From contig JAWKVW010000006.1 in NCBI GenBank assembly GCA_041397845.1, positions 6,061 through 70,060 of the forward strand: DNA of 64,000 bases, written 5' to 3'. The translations under genes and the position numbers were made by a program. Source of the DNA: Hyphomicrobiales bacterium. Its GTDB lineage: Bacteria; Pseudomonadota; Alphaproteobacteria; Rhizobiales; JAKPQE01. Positions 24,258 through 36,305 of this stretch are shown here, one piece after another. The notes under the pieces were generated by a model. It made no database searches and had not been told where the DNA came from. It saw nothing but the letters and a program-made list of their open reading frames with translations. Position 1 is the first letter of the stretch. Every line of letters starts with the position of its first letter.

Positions 24258-24485
24258 TCACTGGAACGGGCAGGTTCCCGTGGCACAGCCGCCGCCCGGC
24301 ACGCCGCAACTGGCGAACTCGGCAGCGGACGTGCCGGAAGTCGCGCCGGCGATGGCCGGGGCGGTGATGAAAATCTGCTCGAGCGCGCCGCCGCAGGCCG
24401 GGCAGTCGGGCTTGTCGGCCGACATCGAGTGCTGGAGGCGATGCTGCTCGCCGCAGCCGGTGCAGCGATAGTCATAGGTCGGCAT
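24258..24485 (-). CDS. FmdB-family zinc-ribbon protein
   Basis: MPTYDYRCTGCGEQHRLQHSMSADKPDCPACGGALEQIF; paired CxxC motifs. Confidence 0.88.
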   Translation of the reverse strand: MPTYDYRCTGCGEQHRLQHSMSADKPDCPACGGALEQIFITAPAIAGATSGTSAAEFASCGVPGGGCATGTCPFQ

Positions 24486-24621
24486 GGAACTCACCTCGCC
24501 AATTCGTCTTTCGGTCTTTCCTTCGGGCCGGCTTTATCACAGCGCGCGCGAGCGTTGCAAACCGTTGCAGGCGGGCAGTTTGCCGCTGCGCCGCCAGTGT
24601 TCGGGCGCGCCTTTGCGGCCG

Positions 24622-25857
24622 CTATCGTGCCGCGCCCGGATGGCGCCAATCGCTGTAATGCTCGGCGATGGCGCGAAACATCGCGATGTTTTCCTGCTTG
24701 ATGACGTGACCGTCATGGCCGTCGGCGCGGAAATTGCGGTCGGCGGCGGTCTTGACGACGACGATGCGCGCCTTCGGGTTGATGTAGATGTACTGGCCGT
24801 AGATGCCGACCGCGTAGAACTCGCCGTCGGGCTCGGTCGGCACCCACCACTGGTAGCCGTAGCCGAAGACGTCGTTCTGATTGACCGTCGGCGGGGCGTT
24901 CGGCGTCGTCGAATCGCGGACCCAGCCGGCCGGCACCAGCTCCTCGCCCTGCCAGCGGCCGCCGTCGAGGAAGAGCTGGCCGACGCGGGCATAGTCGCGG
25001 GTGGTCATCGCGAGACCGCCGAGGACGAAGGCGACGCCGTAGCCGTCGGTGAGATAATAGGTGCCGGGGCCGGCGCCGAGCTTCGTCCAGAGCTTCTCCG
25101 AGAGGTAGTCCGGCACGCGCTTGCCGGTCGCGGCGCGCAGCACCATGCCGAGAATATGGGTGTCAATCGAGACGTACTGGCGGGCGAGGCCGGCCGGCCG
25201 CTCGCGCGCCTTCAGCTCGGCGGCAAAGGCATCCATCGACTTGCCGAGCGCCAGCACGCGTCCCATGCGGTTGATGTCGCTGTTGAAATCCAGATAGTCC
25301 TCGTTGAAGGCGACGCCGCTTGCCATGTTGAGGACATTGCGGATGGAAACGCCGTCATAGGCGCCGCCCTTCAGGGCCGGCACGTAGTCGGCGACATTGG
25401 CGTCGAGCGAGGAAATCGCGCCCTCGCCGATGGCAATGCCGAAGAGGGCGGAGAGCACGGATTTCGCCATCGACCATGAAATCCGCCGGTCGTCCGGTCC
25501 GGTGCCAAGGAAGTAGTCCTCGGCGACGATGTTGCCGTCATGGACGACGAGAAGCGAGGTGGTCGATGCCTTCGCCAGCGCTTCGGCCAGCGGCTTTTGC
25601 TCACCCTGCCAGACATAGGCTTGCGGCAGCGGCTGCAGGGCAACCGGCCAGGGCGCGGCGCTTCCGGCGCCCTTGACCGGCGTCGAGAGGAAGATGTCGT
25701 CCATGTGCGAGAAATTGTGGACGATGGTGCCGGCATCGAAGAGCGTCGTCACATGATAGAGCCGGATGACGCGGTCGCGGTTCCAGACGAGGGCGACAAG
25801 GACCACCAGAACGAGGACGGCCACGGTTCGCAGCGCGAATTTCACCGATCGTGACAT
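24622..25857 (-). CDS. Membrane-anchored serine hydrolase (class C beta-lactamase fold)
   Basis: N-terminal TM; ISWSMAKSVLSALFGIAIGEGAI (SxxK); QYVSIDTHILGMVLRAATG; YGYQWWVP. Confidence 0.9.
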   Translation of the reverse strand: MSRSVKFALRTVAVLVLVVLVALVWNRDRVIRLYHVTTLFDAGTIVHNFSHMDDIFLSTPVKGAGSAAPWPVALQPLPQAYVWQGEQKPLAEALAKASTTSLLVVHDGNIVAEDYFLGTGPDDRRISWSMAKSVLSALFGIAIGEGAISSLDANVADYVPALKGGAYDGVSIRNVLNMASGVAFNEDYLDFNSDINRMGRVLALGKSMDAFAAELKARERPAGLARQYVSIDTHILGMVLRAATGKRVPDYLSEKLWTKLGAGPGTYYLTDGYGVAFVLGGLAMTTRDYARVGQLFLDGGRWQGEELVPAGWVRDSTTPNAPPTVNQNDVFGYGYQWWVPTEPDGEFYAVGIYGQYIYINPKARIVVVKTAADRNFRADGHDGHVIKQENIAMFRAIAEHYSDWRHPGAAR

Positions 25858-26109
25858 CTGTTCCGCCCGGCCGGCCGGACGCCTCCCCTGGCGCAAGCCA
25901 TTGCCATTGCAGGCCGGCCGGCGCGCGCTCGTTTCGTCGTGGCGATTGTCGCCGTTTCGGGCGCCGGCGCAACCGCCTTCGCGATTCGCCGCTGATTCGC
26001 ATCGGCAGGTCCGCCAGAAACGCGAAAGCCGCCTTGCGGCGGCTTGTCGGGAGTTCTTTGATTTTTGGTCTTTGCTATTTCAGCCCGCCATTTCGGCGAG
26101 AGAAGGAAC

Positions 26110-26185
<76 letters not shown>

Positions 26186-26248
26186 AGTAGTCCCTGCGAT
26201 GGCTGGCCGGTCCGTTTCCGGTTCGGTTGGCCCCCGCGGCGGAGCGGG

Positions 26249-26277
26249 ACAATAGGGGTCCCTTCTCCGATAATCAA
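26249..26277 (-). promoter_or_regulatory. Candidate sigma-70-type promoter for tRNA-Ala
   Basis: Minus strand TTGATT - 17 nt - TATTGT. Confidence 0.5.
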
Positions 26278-26359
26278 CACCTAAAATCGCATTTTCTGCG
26301 ATGCGGCAAAGCCGGCGCGGTGCGACGCCGACACAGCGAGCCGAACGGCTCGCCGGCCG

Positions 26360-26776
26360 TCAGTTTTCTTCGTCCTCGTCGACATCGCCGATCAGATCGG
26401 AGACGTCGTCGTCCTCGTCGTCCTCGAGGAAAACGGCTTCCTCGTCGTCGTCTTCGAGCTCGGTCTCCTCGTCCTCGTCTTCATCGACGTTGGGCGAGGC
26501 GCCGCGATCGGTGCTCTCCTCGTCATCCTCGACTTCCTCGAGGGAGACAAGCTCGGCATCCGTCTCTTCGTTCTCGTCTTCGTTCTCGACCTCCTCCTTG
26601 CGCGGACGGGCCGTTTCCGGCCGCACACGCGAGGTCTCGGGACGAGCCTTCGCGACCTCCAGAAGCTCGAACACCGTGCCGCATTTCGGGCACAGGATCG
26701 GCGACCGGTTCAGATCGTAGTATTTCGCACCACAGCCGGAACAAATCCGCTTGGTTCCAAGGTCCGTTTTTGCCAC
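26360..26776 (-). CDS. TIGR02300/FYDLN acid domain family protein with long acidic tail
   Basis: VAKTDLGTKRICSGCGAKYYDLNRSPILCPKCGTVFE followed by ED-rich tail; GTG start at 26776. Confidence 0.9.
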   Translation of the reverse strand: MAKTDLGTKRICSGCGAKYYDLNRSPILCPKCGTVFELLEVAKARPETSRVRPETARPRKEEVENEDENEETDAELVSLEEVEDDEESTDRGASPNVDEDEDEETELEDDDEEAVFLEDDEDDDVSDLIGDVDEDEEN

Positions 26777-26961
26777 GGTTCCGCCTCTTGATGATGATCC
26801 CGCAGACAAGCAATCGGGCGCTCCATAGACTGTGGATCGATCGCTGTCAAAGCGTTTGGCGCGGTTTTTTGTCAGTTCTCCGCAGAGCTCGTGTTCCTTG
26901 GGTGAATCCTTGGCAAATCAGCGGCCGCTGCGCGGATGACGGACGGGGCGGGCTGTGTTAG

Positions 26962-29060
<2,099 letters not shown>

Positions 29061-29075
29061 TCCGGAGTATCCAGC

Positions 29076-29855
29076 ATGACCCTCAAGGCGCGTGTGATCC
29101 CCTGCCTCGACGTCAAGGACGGCCGCGTCGTCAAGGGCGTCAACTTCGTCGACCTGCGCGACGCCGGCGATCCGGTCGAGGCGGCGAAAGCCTATGACGC
29201 GGCCGGCGCCGACGAACTCTGCTTTCTCGACATCACGGCAAGCCACGAGAATCGCGGCATCATTCTCGACGTCGTCCGGCGCACGGCCGAGGAATGCTTC
29301 ATGCCGGTAACGGTCGGCGGCGGGGTGCGCACCCTTGACGACATCCGGGCGCTGCTCAATGCCGGCGCCGACAAGGTGTCGATCAACACAGCGGCAGTGC
29401 ACGACCGCGATTTCGTGCGCCGGGCGGCCGAGAAATTCGGCAGCCAGTGCATCGTCGTCGCCATCGACGCCAAGCGCGTCTCGGCGCCGGGCGAGGCGGA
29501 CCGCTGGGAAATCTTCACCCATGGCGGGCGCAAGCCGACCGGCATCGATGCCATCGACTATGCCCGCGAGGTGGTGGCGCTCGGAGCCGGCGAGATCCTG
29601 CTCACCTCGATGGATCGCGACGGCACCAAGCAGGGCTTCGACGTGACGCTGACGCGGGCGATCGCCGATGCGGTCGAGGTGCCGCTGATTGCCAGCGGCG
29701 GCGTCGGCACGCTCGACCATCTCGTCGCCGGCGTGCGCGACGGCCATGCAACGGCGGTGCTGGCCGCCTCGATCTTCCATTTCGGCGAATATTCGATCCG
29801 CGAGGCGAAGGAACACATGGCGGCGGCGGGCGTCGAGGTTCGCCTCGACGCGTGA
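29076..29855 (+). CDS. hisF: Imidazole glycerol phosphate synthase subunit HisF
   Basis: [54 protein letters not shown]...[15 protein letters not shown]-type motifs. Confidence 0.96.
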   Translation: MTLKARVIPCLDVKDGRVVKGVNFVDLRDAGDPVEAAKAYDAAGADELCFLDITASHENRGIILDVVRRTAEECFMPVTVGGGVRTLDDIRALLNAGADKVSINTAAVHDRDFVRRAAEKFGSQCIVVAIDAKRVSAPGEADRWEIFTHGGRKPTGIDAIDYAREVVALGAGEILLTSMDRDGTKQGFDVTLTRAIADAVEVPLIASGGVGTLDHLVAGVRDGHATAVLAASIFHFGEYSIREAKEHMAAAGVEVRLDA

Positions 29856-29895
29856 GCGGGCGGCATCAGCGGGTTCCTGAAGAAAGCGAGACGAG

Positions 29896-30219
29896 ATGAG
29901 CGGCTTTTCCCTTGAGACGCTGGCGGCAACGATCGTGGCGCGGGCGCACAGCGACGACGAGGGCTCGTATACGCGCAAGCTCTTCAACAAGGGCGCGGCG
30001 CGCTGCGCCAAGAAATTCGGCGAGGAAGCCTTCGAGCTGGCGATCGCGACGGCCGAGGGCAAGACCGACGAGATCCGCGCCGAGGCGGCGGACGTGCTCT
30101 ATCATCTGCTGGTGCTGCTGGAGGCGAGCGGGGTCTCCTATGCCTCCGTCGTCGAGGAGCTTGCCGGGCGAACCGGCCAGACGGGACTTCAGGAAAAGGC
30201 CTCCCGGCCAAAAGGCTGA
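29896..30219 (+). CDS. hisE: Phosphoribosyl-ATP diphosphatase
   Basis: GSYTRKLFNKGAARCAKKFGEEAFELAIATAEGKTDEIRAEAADVLYHLLVLLEA. Confidence 0.94.
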   Translation: MSGFSLETLAATIVARAHSDDEGSYTRKLFNKGAARCAKKFGEEAFELAIATAEGKTDEIRAEAADVLYHLLVLLEASGVSYASVVEELAGRTGQTGLQEKASRPKG

Positions 30220-30297
30220 TACCCAACCCGGCCGGATTGCGGCAAATATGTGACGCCGGCCAACAGGAGCCGCAACACGCGGCACGACAAGCGTTTC

Positions 30298-31251
30298 ATG
30301 GATCAGCAGGCGCAGACCGAGATTTCGCCCTACCGGGTCTTCTCCAGGGACGAGTGGAGCGCGCTTCGCGCCGATGCACCGCTTACCCTGACGGAGGCGG
30401 AGATCGCCGCGTTGCAGGGCCTCAACGACCCGGTGTCGCTCGACGACGTCGTGCAGATCTACCTGCCGCTGTCCCGCCTCCTGTCGCTTTATGTCGCGGC
30501 GACGCAGGGCCTGTTCAACGCGACCCGCACCTTCCTTGGCGCGACCGACGGCAAGGTGCCGTACATCATCGGCATCGCCGGCTCGGTCGCCGTCGGCAAG
30601 TCGACGACGTCGCGCGTGCTGAAGGCGCTGCTGGCGCGCTGGCCGAACACGCCGAAGGTCGATCTCGTGACGACCGACGGCTTCCTCTTTCCGAATGCCG
30701 AGCTCGAGCGGCGCGGACTGATGAACCGCAAGGGCTTTCCGGAAAGCTTCGACGTCACCGCGCTGCTGAAGTTCCTTGCCGAGATCAAGAGCGGCAAGCG
30801 CGGCGTCACGGCGCCGGTCTATTCGCATCTCGTCTATGACATCGTGCCGGGCGAGGCGGTCACCGTCGACCGGCCGGACATCCTCATCGTCGAGGGCCTC
30901 AACGTGCTGCAGCCGCGCCGGCTGCCGGTCGACGGGCGCGGCGTGCCGTTCGTCTCGGACTTCTTCGACTTCAAGATCTACATCGATGCCGACGAAGACC
31001 TGATCCGCAAGTGGTACATCCAGCGGTTCATGCGGCTGCGCGAGACGGCCTTCCGCGACCCGAAATCCTATTTCCACCGCTATGCCTCGCTCTCGGACGC
31101 AGAGGCCAAGGAAACGGCGACACGGATCTGGAAGACGATCAACCACGTCAACCTCATCAACAACATCCTGCCGACGCGGCCGCGGGCCGATCTCATCCTG
31201 ACCAAGGCCGAAACGCACGGCGTCGAGACGGTGGCGCTCCGGCGCCTCTAG
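30298..31251 (+). CDS. coaA: Type I pantothenate kinase
   Basis: [20 protein letters not shown]...[26 protein letters not shown]...[32 protein letters not shown]. Confidence 0.95.
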   Translation: MDQQAQTEISPYRVFSRDEWSALRADAPLTLTEAEIAALQGLNDPVSLDDVVQIYLPLSRLLSLYVAATQGLFNATRTFLGATDGKVPYIIGIAGSVAVGKSTTSRVLKALLARWPNTPKVDLVTTDGFLFPNAELERRGLMNRKGFPESFDVTALLKFLAEIKSGKRGVTAPVYSHLVYDIVPGEAVTVDRPDILIVEGLNVLQPRRLPVDGRGVPFVSDFFDFKIYIDADEDLIRKWYIQRFMRLRETAFRDPKSYFHRYASLSDAEAKETATRIWKTINHVNLINNILPTRPRADLILTKAETHGVETVALRRL

Positions 31252-31382
31252 CGGCCCTCACCCTTCTCCAGCGGTGGCGGGACGGCGCGGAATGGCGGCG
31301 TCCACTTTTCGGCAAGGCGCCCGGATGCTATCGGGGCGAAACGCGGCGTCCCCGGGCGATCATCAGCAACCAAGCGGCGGCC

Positions 31383-32057
31383 ATGTATCTCGTTCTTTTC
31401 GATTGCGACGGCACCATCGTCGACAGCCAGCACATGATCGTCGAGGCGATGGCCCGGGCGTTCGGGCGGCACGGCCTTGCGGCGCCGGCGCGGGCGGCCG
31501 TCGTCGACGTCATCGGCCTGTCGCTGCCGGTCGCCATCGCCCGGCTCCTGCCGGAGGGCTCGGCGGTGGCGGCCGACGACATCGTCGAGAGCTACAAGGC
31601 GGGCTATTTCGAGATGCGTTCGGACCCGGTGCACCGGGAGATGCTGTTTCCCGGCGCGCGCGAGGCGATCGAGGCGCTTGGCCGGCGCGCCGACGTCCTT
31701 CTCGGGGTCGCGACCGGCAAATCGCAGCGCGGCGTGCGCTCGCTCTTTGCGGCGACCGGGCTCGGCCATCATTTCACGACGATCCAGACCGCCGACGATG
31801 CGCCCTCGAAGCCGCATCCGGGCATGGTCCACCAGGCGGTCGCGGAAACCGGCGTTGCGATGAAAAACGTGGTGGTCGTCGGCGACACCAGCTACGACAT
31901 GGAAATGGCGGCGGCGGCCGGGGCGACCGGGATCGGCGTTGCCTGGGGCTATCATCCGCCGGCGGTGCTCGAGAGCGCCGGCGCGGCGCGGATCATCGCG
32001 CGGTTCGACGAACTCGTGCCATTGCTCGAGCACTCGTTCTTTGTGGAAGGTCAGTGA
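31383..32057 (+). CDS. HAD-family hydrolase (phosphoglycolate phosphatase-like)
   Basis: MYLVLFDCDGTIVDSQHMIVEAMARAFGRHGL...VVVVGDTSYDMEMAAAAGATGIGVAWGYH. Confidence 0.9.
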   Translation: MYLVLFDCDGTIVDSQHMIVEAMARAFGRHGLAAPARAAVVDVIGLSLPVAIARLLPEGSAVAADDIVESYKAGYFEMRSDPVHREMLFPGAREAIEALGRRADVLLGVATGKSQRGVRSLFAATGLGHHFTTIQTADDAPSKPHPGMVHQAVAETGVAMKNVVVVGDTSYDMEMAAAAGATGIGVAWGYHPPAVLESAGAARIIARFDELVPLLEHSFFVEGQ

Positions 32058-32854
32058 TGCGCGAGCTTTTCGAAATCCCCGAGCAGGAAGCCGATCCGGT
32101 CAAGCGGGCGCAGGCGCATGCGCGACGGGCACTGCCGAAGCGCTTCTACACGGAAGCCGGCACGGCCGAAACGGAAGCGGGGCATGCCGTGGCGCTCGAC
32201 GGGCGCATCGCCCATACGCCGGCAAAGCGGCCGCTGGCCTTTGCCAATGCCGCGCTCGCGGCAGCAGTCGCGGCCGAATGGGCGGCCCAGGGCGACCTCA
32301 TCGATCCGGCGACGATGCCACTGACGAAGCTTGCCAATTCGGCACTCGACGGGGTTGCCGCCGGGATGGAGGAAGTCGCGGCCGAGATCGCCCGGTATGG
32401 CGGCACGGACCTCATCTGCTACCGGGCCGAGGAGCCCGACACGCTGATCGCGCGGCAGAACCAGCACTGGGACCCGCTCGTTGCCTTTGCCGCCGAGCGG
32501 CTCGGGGCGCGGCTGAAGCTCGGCGCCGGCATCATGCATGTCGAGCAGGACGAGGACACGCTCGCGGCCATTCACAGTGCCGTCGACGAAGCGGCGATGG
32601 ACAGCCCCCTTCGGCTCGCGGCGCTGCATGTCATCACGACGCTGACCGGCTCGGCGGTGATTGCCCTTGCCTTTGCTGCCGGCGCCATCGACGAGACGGT
32701 CGCCTGGACGGCGGCGCATGTCGACGAGGACCATCAGGCCGAAACCTGGGGTGTCGACAGCGAGGCGATGGCGCGCCGGCGGGCGCGGGCCGAGGAAATG
32801 GCTGCGGCCGTCACGCTGTTCCGGCTGGCGCTGCCGCCCGAGACGGCCGCCTGA
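32057..32854 (+). CDS. ATP12-family chaperone protein
   Basis: KRFYTEAGTAETEAGHAVALDGRIAHTPAKRPLAF...ALAAAVAAEWAAQGDLIDPATMPLTKLANSALDGV...LICYRAEEPDTLIARQNQHWDPL. Confidence 0.9.
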   Translation: MRELFEIPEQEADPVKRAQAHARRALPKRFYTEAGTAETEAGHAVALDGRIAHTPAKRPLAFANAALAAAVAAEWAAQGDLIDPATMPLTKLANSALDGVAAGMEEVAAEIARYGGTDLICYRAEEPDTLIARQNQHWDPLVAFAAERLGARLKLGAGIMHVEQDEDTLAAIHSAVDEAAMDSPLRLAALHVITTLTGSAVIALAFAAGAIDETVAWTAAHVDEDHQAETWGVDSEAMARRRARAEEMAAAVTLFRLALPPETAA

Positions 32855-32880
32855 TCCACCCAAAACCGGGTGGCGCAGGC

Positions 32881-34236
32881 TCAGGCGCGCGGCAGGACCA
32901 CTGTCGCGGCAAGGCCGCCCGTATCGGCGGTGCCCAGTTCCAGCCGGCCGCCATAGGCCGCCAGAACATCGATGACGATTGCAAGGCCGAGGCCGGCGCC
33001 GCCGCCGGTGTCGAGCCGGCCGCCGCGCTCGAGGACGCGGACGCGGTCGGCTTCGGCAATCCCCGGCCCGTCGTCAGCGACGGTCAGGCGCAGGCTCGCC
33101 GGGTCGGAGCGATCGACCGTGACGGTGATGCACCCGGCGGCAAAGCGGGCGGCATTGTCGAGCAGGTTGCCGAACACTTCGGCAAGGTCCTCCCGATCGA
33201 CCGGCACGCCGAGACTGGCCGGCACATCCAGATCGAAGGTGACGCGCTCGCCGACCGGCGTGCGCTTCAGCGTCGCGACCAGCCGTTCGAGCAGGCCGGC
33301 AAGAGACGTCAGTTCGACGCCACCGCCGGCACGGCCGCGAATGCGGGCGCGGGCGAGCTCGCGCTCGACATGGCGGTACATGGTATTGCCGAGCTCCTCG
33401 ATATCATCGGCAAGGGCGGCCTCGCCCTTCTCGCGCAGACGGCGGGCGTCGGCAGCAAGGGCGGCAAGCGGTGTCCGCAGGCCGTGGGCAAGGTCGGCGG
33501 CGCGGCCGCGCGCCTCGCGAATGGTGGTGTCACGGGCCTCGAGCAGGGCGTTCACCTCGCGCACCAGCGGCACGACCTCATCGGGTACGTCATCGAGCAG
33601 GCGCGACTTGGCACCGGAGCGCACGGCGGCGACGCGGCGGCCGATATCGGCGATCGGCCCAAGGCCGATGCGGACCTGGAGCCAGCCGGCAACGAGGAGC
33701 ACCGTCGCAAGAAGGGCAAGCGCCGGGACGAGATCGCGCAGGAAGTCGGCCGTTGCCTCGGCAACCTCCGTCTCGTCGACGGCGACCACCAGATGCAGCC
33801 AGCGGGCGGCGTCGCCCTCGCCGGCGCGAATGTCCCTTGCCACGGCGATGAGACGGGCGCCGTTCGGCCCTGGCAGCCGATAGCGGCGCAAGGCGGCAGC
33901 GTCGCCTTCTCCCCCGGGCACGGCAATGACCGCGTCCCAGAGCGAGCGGGAGCGGAGCATGTGGCCGGCATCATCTCCGACCTGCCAGTAGAAGCCGCCG
34001 AGCGGCACGTCGAAAGCCGGATCGACCGGCCCGTCGACAAGGGTGATGGTGCCGTCGGTCGCGACCGCGACATTGGCGGCAAGCTCGCGCATGTGGTCGA
34101 GCAGTTCGGCCTCGACGCGCCGGGTGACGTGGCGCTCGAAAAGGATGGTCAGGCCGAGGGCGGCGACCGCCAGGGCGACGAGGACGACGATGCCGCCGCC
34201 CAGAAGCAGGCGGAGGCGGAGCGAGCCGCGCGTCAC
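32881..34236 (-). CDS. Sensor histidine kinase of the redox-cytochrome cluster
   Basis: Two TM regions; [28 protein letters not shown]; LFNNLLDNAA-type N-box (EVFGNLLDNAARFA); VADDGPGIAEADR; GAGLGLAI. Confidence 0.92.
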   Translation of the reverse strand: MTRGSLRLRLLLGGGIVVLVALAVAALGLTILFERHVTRRVEAELLDHMRELAANVAVATDGTITLVDGPVDPAFDVPLGGFYWQVGDDAGHMLRSRSLWDAVIAVPGGEGDAAALRRYRLPGPNGARLIAVARDIRAGEGDAARWLHLVVAVDETEVAEATADFLRDLVPALALLATVLLVAGWLQVRIGLGPIADIGRRVAAVRSGAKSRLLDDVPDEVVPLVREVNALLEARDTTIREARGRAADLAHGLRTPLAALAADARRLREKGEAALADDIEELGNTMYRHVERELARARIRGRAGGGVELTSLAGLLERLVATLKRTPVGERVTFDLDVPASLGVPVDREDLAEVFGNLLDNAARFAAGCITVTVDRSDPASLRLTVADDGPGIAEADRVRVLERGGRLDTGGGAGLGLAIVIDVLAAYGGRLELGTADTGGLAATVVLPRA

Positions 34237-34898
34237 GCGCCATCCTCCGGCACGAGGTAGCCGAAGCCGCGCCGGGTCTCGATGCGGCCGGCGCCGACCT
34301 TGCGGCGGACGCGGCCGATCAGCACCTCAAGGGCGTTGGCGTCGCGGGCGTCCTCGTCGCCATAGACGTGCTCGAGCAGCTCGGCCTGCGGCACGACGCG
34401 GCCGCGGTTGAGCATCAGGAAGGCGAGCAGCCGGTATTCAAGGGCGGTCAGGGAAACGGGCACGCCGGAAATGGCGACGCGCATCTGGCGCTCGTCGAGC
34501 ACGAGATCGCCGACGGCATGGCGCGAGGACGCCTGGCCGGCGGAGCGGCGGACGATGGCACGCAGCCGGGCGAGCAGTTCCTCGATGCGGAAGGGTTTCG
34601 GCAAATAGTCGTCGGCGCCGGCATCGATGCCCTCGACGCGCTCGGCCCAACTGCCGCGGGCGGTCAGGACAAGCACAGGCGTCGTGCGGCCGTTGTCGCG
34701 CCACCGCTTCAGGATGGCGAGCCCGTCCATGCCGGGCAGGCCGAGATCGAGGACAATGGCGCCGTAATCCTCGGTGTCGCCGCGAAACCAGGCGTCCTCG
34801 CCCTCGCTCGCGGTCTCGACGACATAGCCGGCCGCGACGAGGGCGCGGACGATGTCGTCGCGGATCCGGGCATCGTCCTCGACGACCAGCACGCGCAT
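34233..34898 (-). CDS. OmpR-family response regulator
   Basis: MRVLVVEDDARIRDDIVRALVAAGYVVETASEGEDAWF...IVLDLGLPGMDGL...KPFRIEELLARLRAIVRR...LLEHVYGDEDARDANALEVLIGRVRRKVG. Confidence 0.95.
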   Translation of the reverse strand: MRVLVVEDDARIRDDIVRALVAAGYVVETASEGEDAWFRGDTEDYGAIVLDLGLPGMDGLAILKRWRDNGRTTPVLVLTARGSWAERVEGIDAGADDYLPKPFRIEELLARLRAIVRRSAGQASSRHAVGDLVLDERQMRVAISGVPVSLTALEYRLLAFLMLNRGRVVPQAELLEHVYGDEDARDANALEVLIGRVRRKVGAGRIETRRGFGYLVPEDGA

Positions 34899-35269
34899 CA
34901 GTGTTCCCTCGTCTCGACGATCTCGCCGGTCGCGGCATCGACCAGCATGACGGACCGGGCGCCGGCACCGTCGATGAGCTTGAAGCGATAAAGCCACTGC
35001 CCATCGCGGCGGGCAAAGGAGATGTCGACGATTTCGGCGTTTTCCGGCAGCGACGGCTTGATCCTGCCGAGGATCTCGGCGAGCGGGCGGACCTCGCCAC
35101 GCTCCAGCGCCTCATGGGCCAGATCGTGATCGTCGGCGTCGTGGTCGTCGTCGTGATGGCGGTGGCGCCGATCGGCAAGGGCCGGCCCGGCAGCGAGCGC
35201 GGCCATGCCGACGAGGGCCTGCAAGGCGGCCCTGCGGCTCATCCAGCGCGCGCTATCCGGTCGCGACAT
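34898..35269 (-). CDS. Small exported PepSY-like protein
   Basis: Signal-like N-terminus ALQALVGMAALAAGPALA; His/Asp-rich RRHRHHDDDHDADDHD; AEIVDISFARRDGQWLYRFKLIDGAGARSVMLVDAATGEIVE. Confidence 0.8.
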   Translation of the reverse strand: MSRPDSARWMSRRAALQALVGMAALAAGPALADRRHRHHDDDHDADDHDLAHEALERGEVRPLAEILGRIKPSLPENAEIVDISFARRDGQWLYRFKLIDGAGARSVMLVDAATGEIVETREH

Positions 35270-35333
35270 CAATCCCCTGCCCTTCTCCAACGGCGCCCGC
35301 CGCCGGCCGCCACACGCCCAGAATACGCCGGCA

Positions 35334-35837
35334 TCAATCGTCTTCGTAATAGCCCATCTCGGCGCCGCGATGGCAGGCGACGCAATTGGCCTTCGACTTG
35401 ACGCGCGGATCCTCGAAAGCGCCCGGCCGGACTTCGCCGCGATGCTCGCGGATCCAGTACGGCGTCCCGGAGATGCGCAGCGGCGTGTCGGACGCGCCGA
35501 GGCCGCGCATGAAATGGTTGTCGCGGCCGCTGGCGTCACCTGCATTGGCGACGAGGTAGCCGGTGATGGCTTTCGCCTTGTCATCGGGCAGCGCGGCGTT
35601 CTCGCCGAAGTGGTCGGAAAGGCCGTTCATGATGGCGGTCCAGGAACGGGCCGGCAGCATCGCCGGCTGGAAGGCCATGTGGCAGGCGCCGCATTCCTCG
35701 ATGGTCGCCATATCGGTCACGGCACCCAGTCGCCGGCCCTCGCCGTCACGGTCGGCGCGGGCGGCGGTGACGGTCGCGGCAGCGATGGCCGAGCCGATGG
35801 TGGCGACGGCGGCAAGGGCCAGAATGGTTCTCGTCAT
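35334..35837 (-). CDS. Exported diheme cytochrome c (DHC-like)
   Basis: Two CxxCH motifs (ECGACHMAFQP; NCVACHRGAE); TPYWIREHRGEV; N-terminal signal sequence. Confidence 0.87.
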   Translation of the reverse strand: MTRTILALAAVATIGSAIAAATVTAARADRDGEGRRLGAVTDMATIEECGACHMAFQPAMLPARSWTAIMNGLSDHFGENAALPDDKAKAITGYLVANAGDASGRDNHFMRGLGASDTPLRISGTPYWIREHRGEVRPGAFEDPRVKSKANCVACHRGAEMGYYEDD

Positions 35838-35865
35838 GATGTGAATTCCTTTCAAATTAGCCGGC

Positions 35866-36291
35866 TTATTTACCAGACATGAATGTGATGAAGTCGCCCT
35901 TTTCCGTCGCGGTACATTCGCGGCCGAGGACGCTCTTGCAATTGCGGCCGAACCATTTCTCGATCTTGGCCATATCGGTGTAGCGATCGGGCGACTTCGA
36001 GACGGCCATCGGGGCGATGTCCTTGCCGGCACGGGTGCGGCCGCCCGACGCCGGATTGTCGGTGTGGCAAGCGGTGCAGGCCGGCGTTTCAGCCTCGCCG
36101 CCTGAGAAACGGGTGCGATAGAGCGCCTCGCCACGGGCGGCCGAAAACCCGGAAAAACCGGGGTTTTCCGCCTTGGCCGCAGCGGCGAAATGGTTGATCG
36201 CGGCCTCCCTTGCAGGGTTCGCCAGGGCCGGCAGGGTGATGGCGGCAAGGAGCGGCAGGGCCAGAAGTGCTCGACGGCAACGGGTTTTCAT
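35866..36291 (-). CDS. DUF1924 family monoheme cytochrome c (SHP-like)
   Basis: Signal LLALPLLAAITLPALA; TPACTACHTDNPASGGRTRAGKDIAPMAVSKSPDRYTDMAKIEKWFGRNCKSVLGRECTATEKGDFITFM. Confidence 0.85.
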   Translation of the reverse strand: MKTRCRRALLALPLLAAITLPALANPAREAAINHFAAAAKAENPGFSGFSAARGEALYRTRFSGGEAETPACTACHTDNPASGGRTRAGKDIAPMAVSKSPDRYTDMAKIEKWFGRNCKSVLGRECTATEKGDFITFMSGK

Positions 36292-36305
36292 CTCGTGTCA
36301 TTCCC

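Noticed and set aside
31939-34260. 773-aa plus-strand ORF
   Set aside because: Out-of-frame overlap with ATP12 and antisense to the histidine kinase, both of which have clear conserved motifs.
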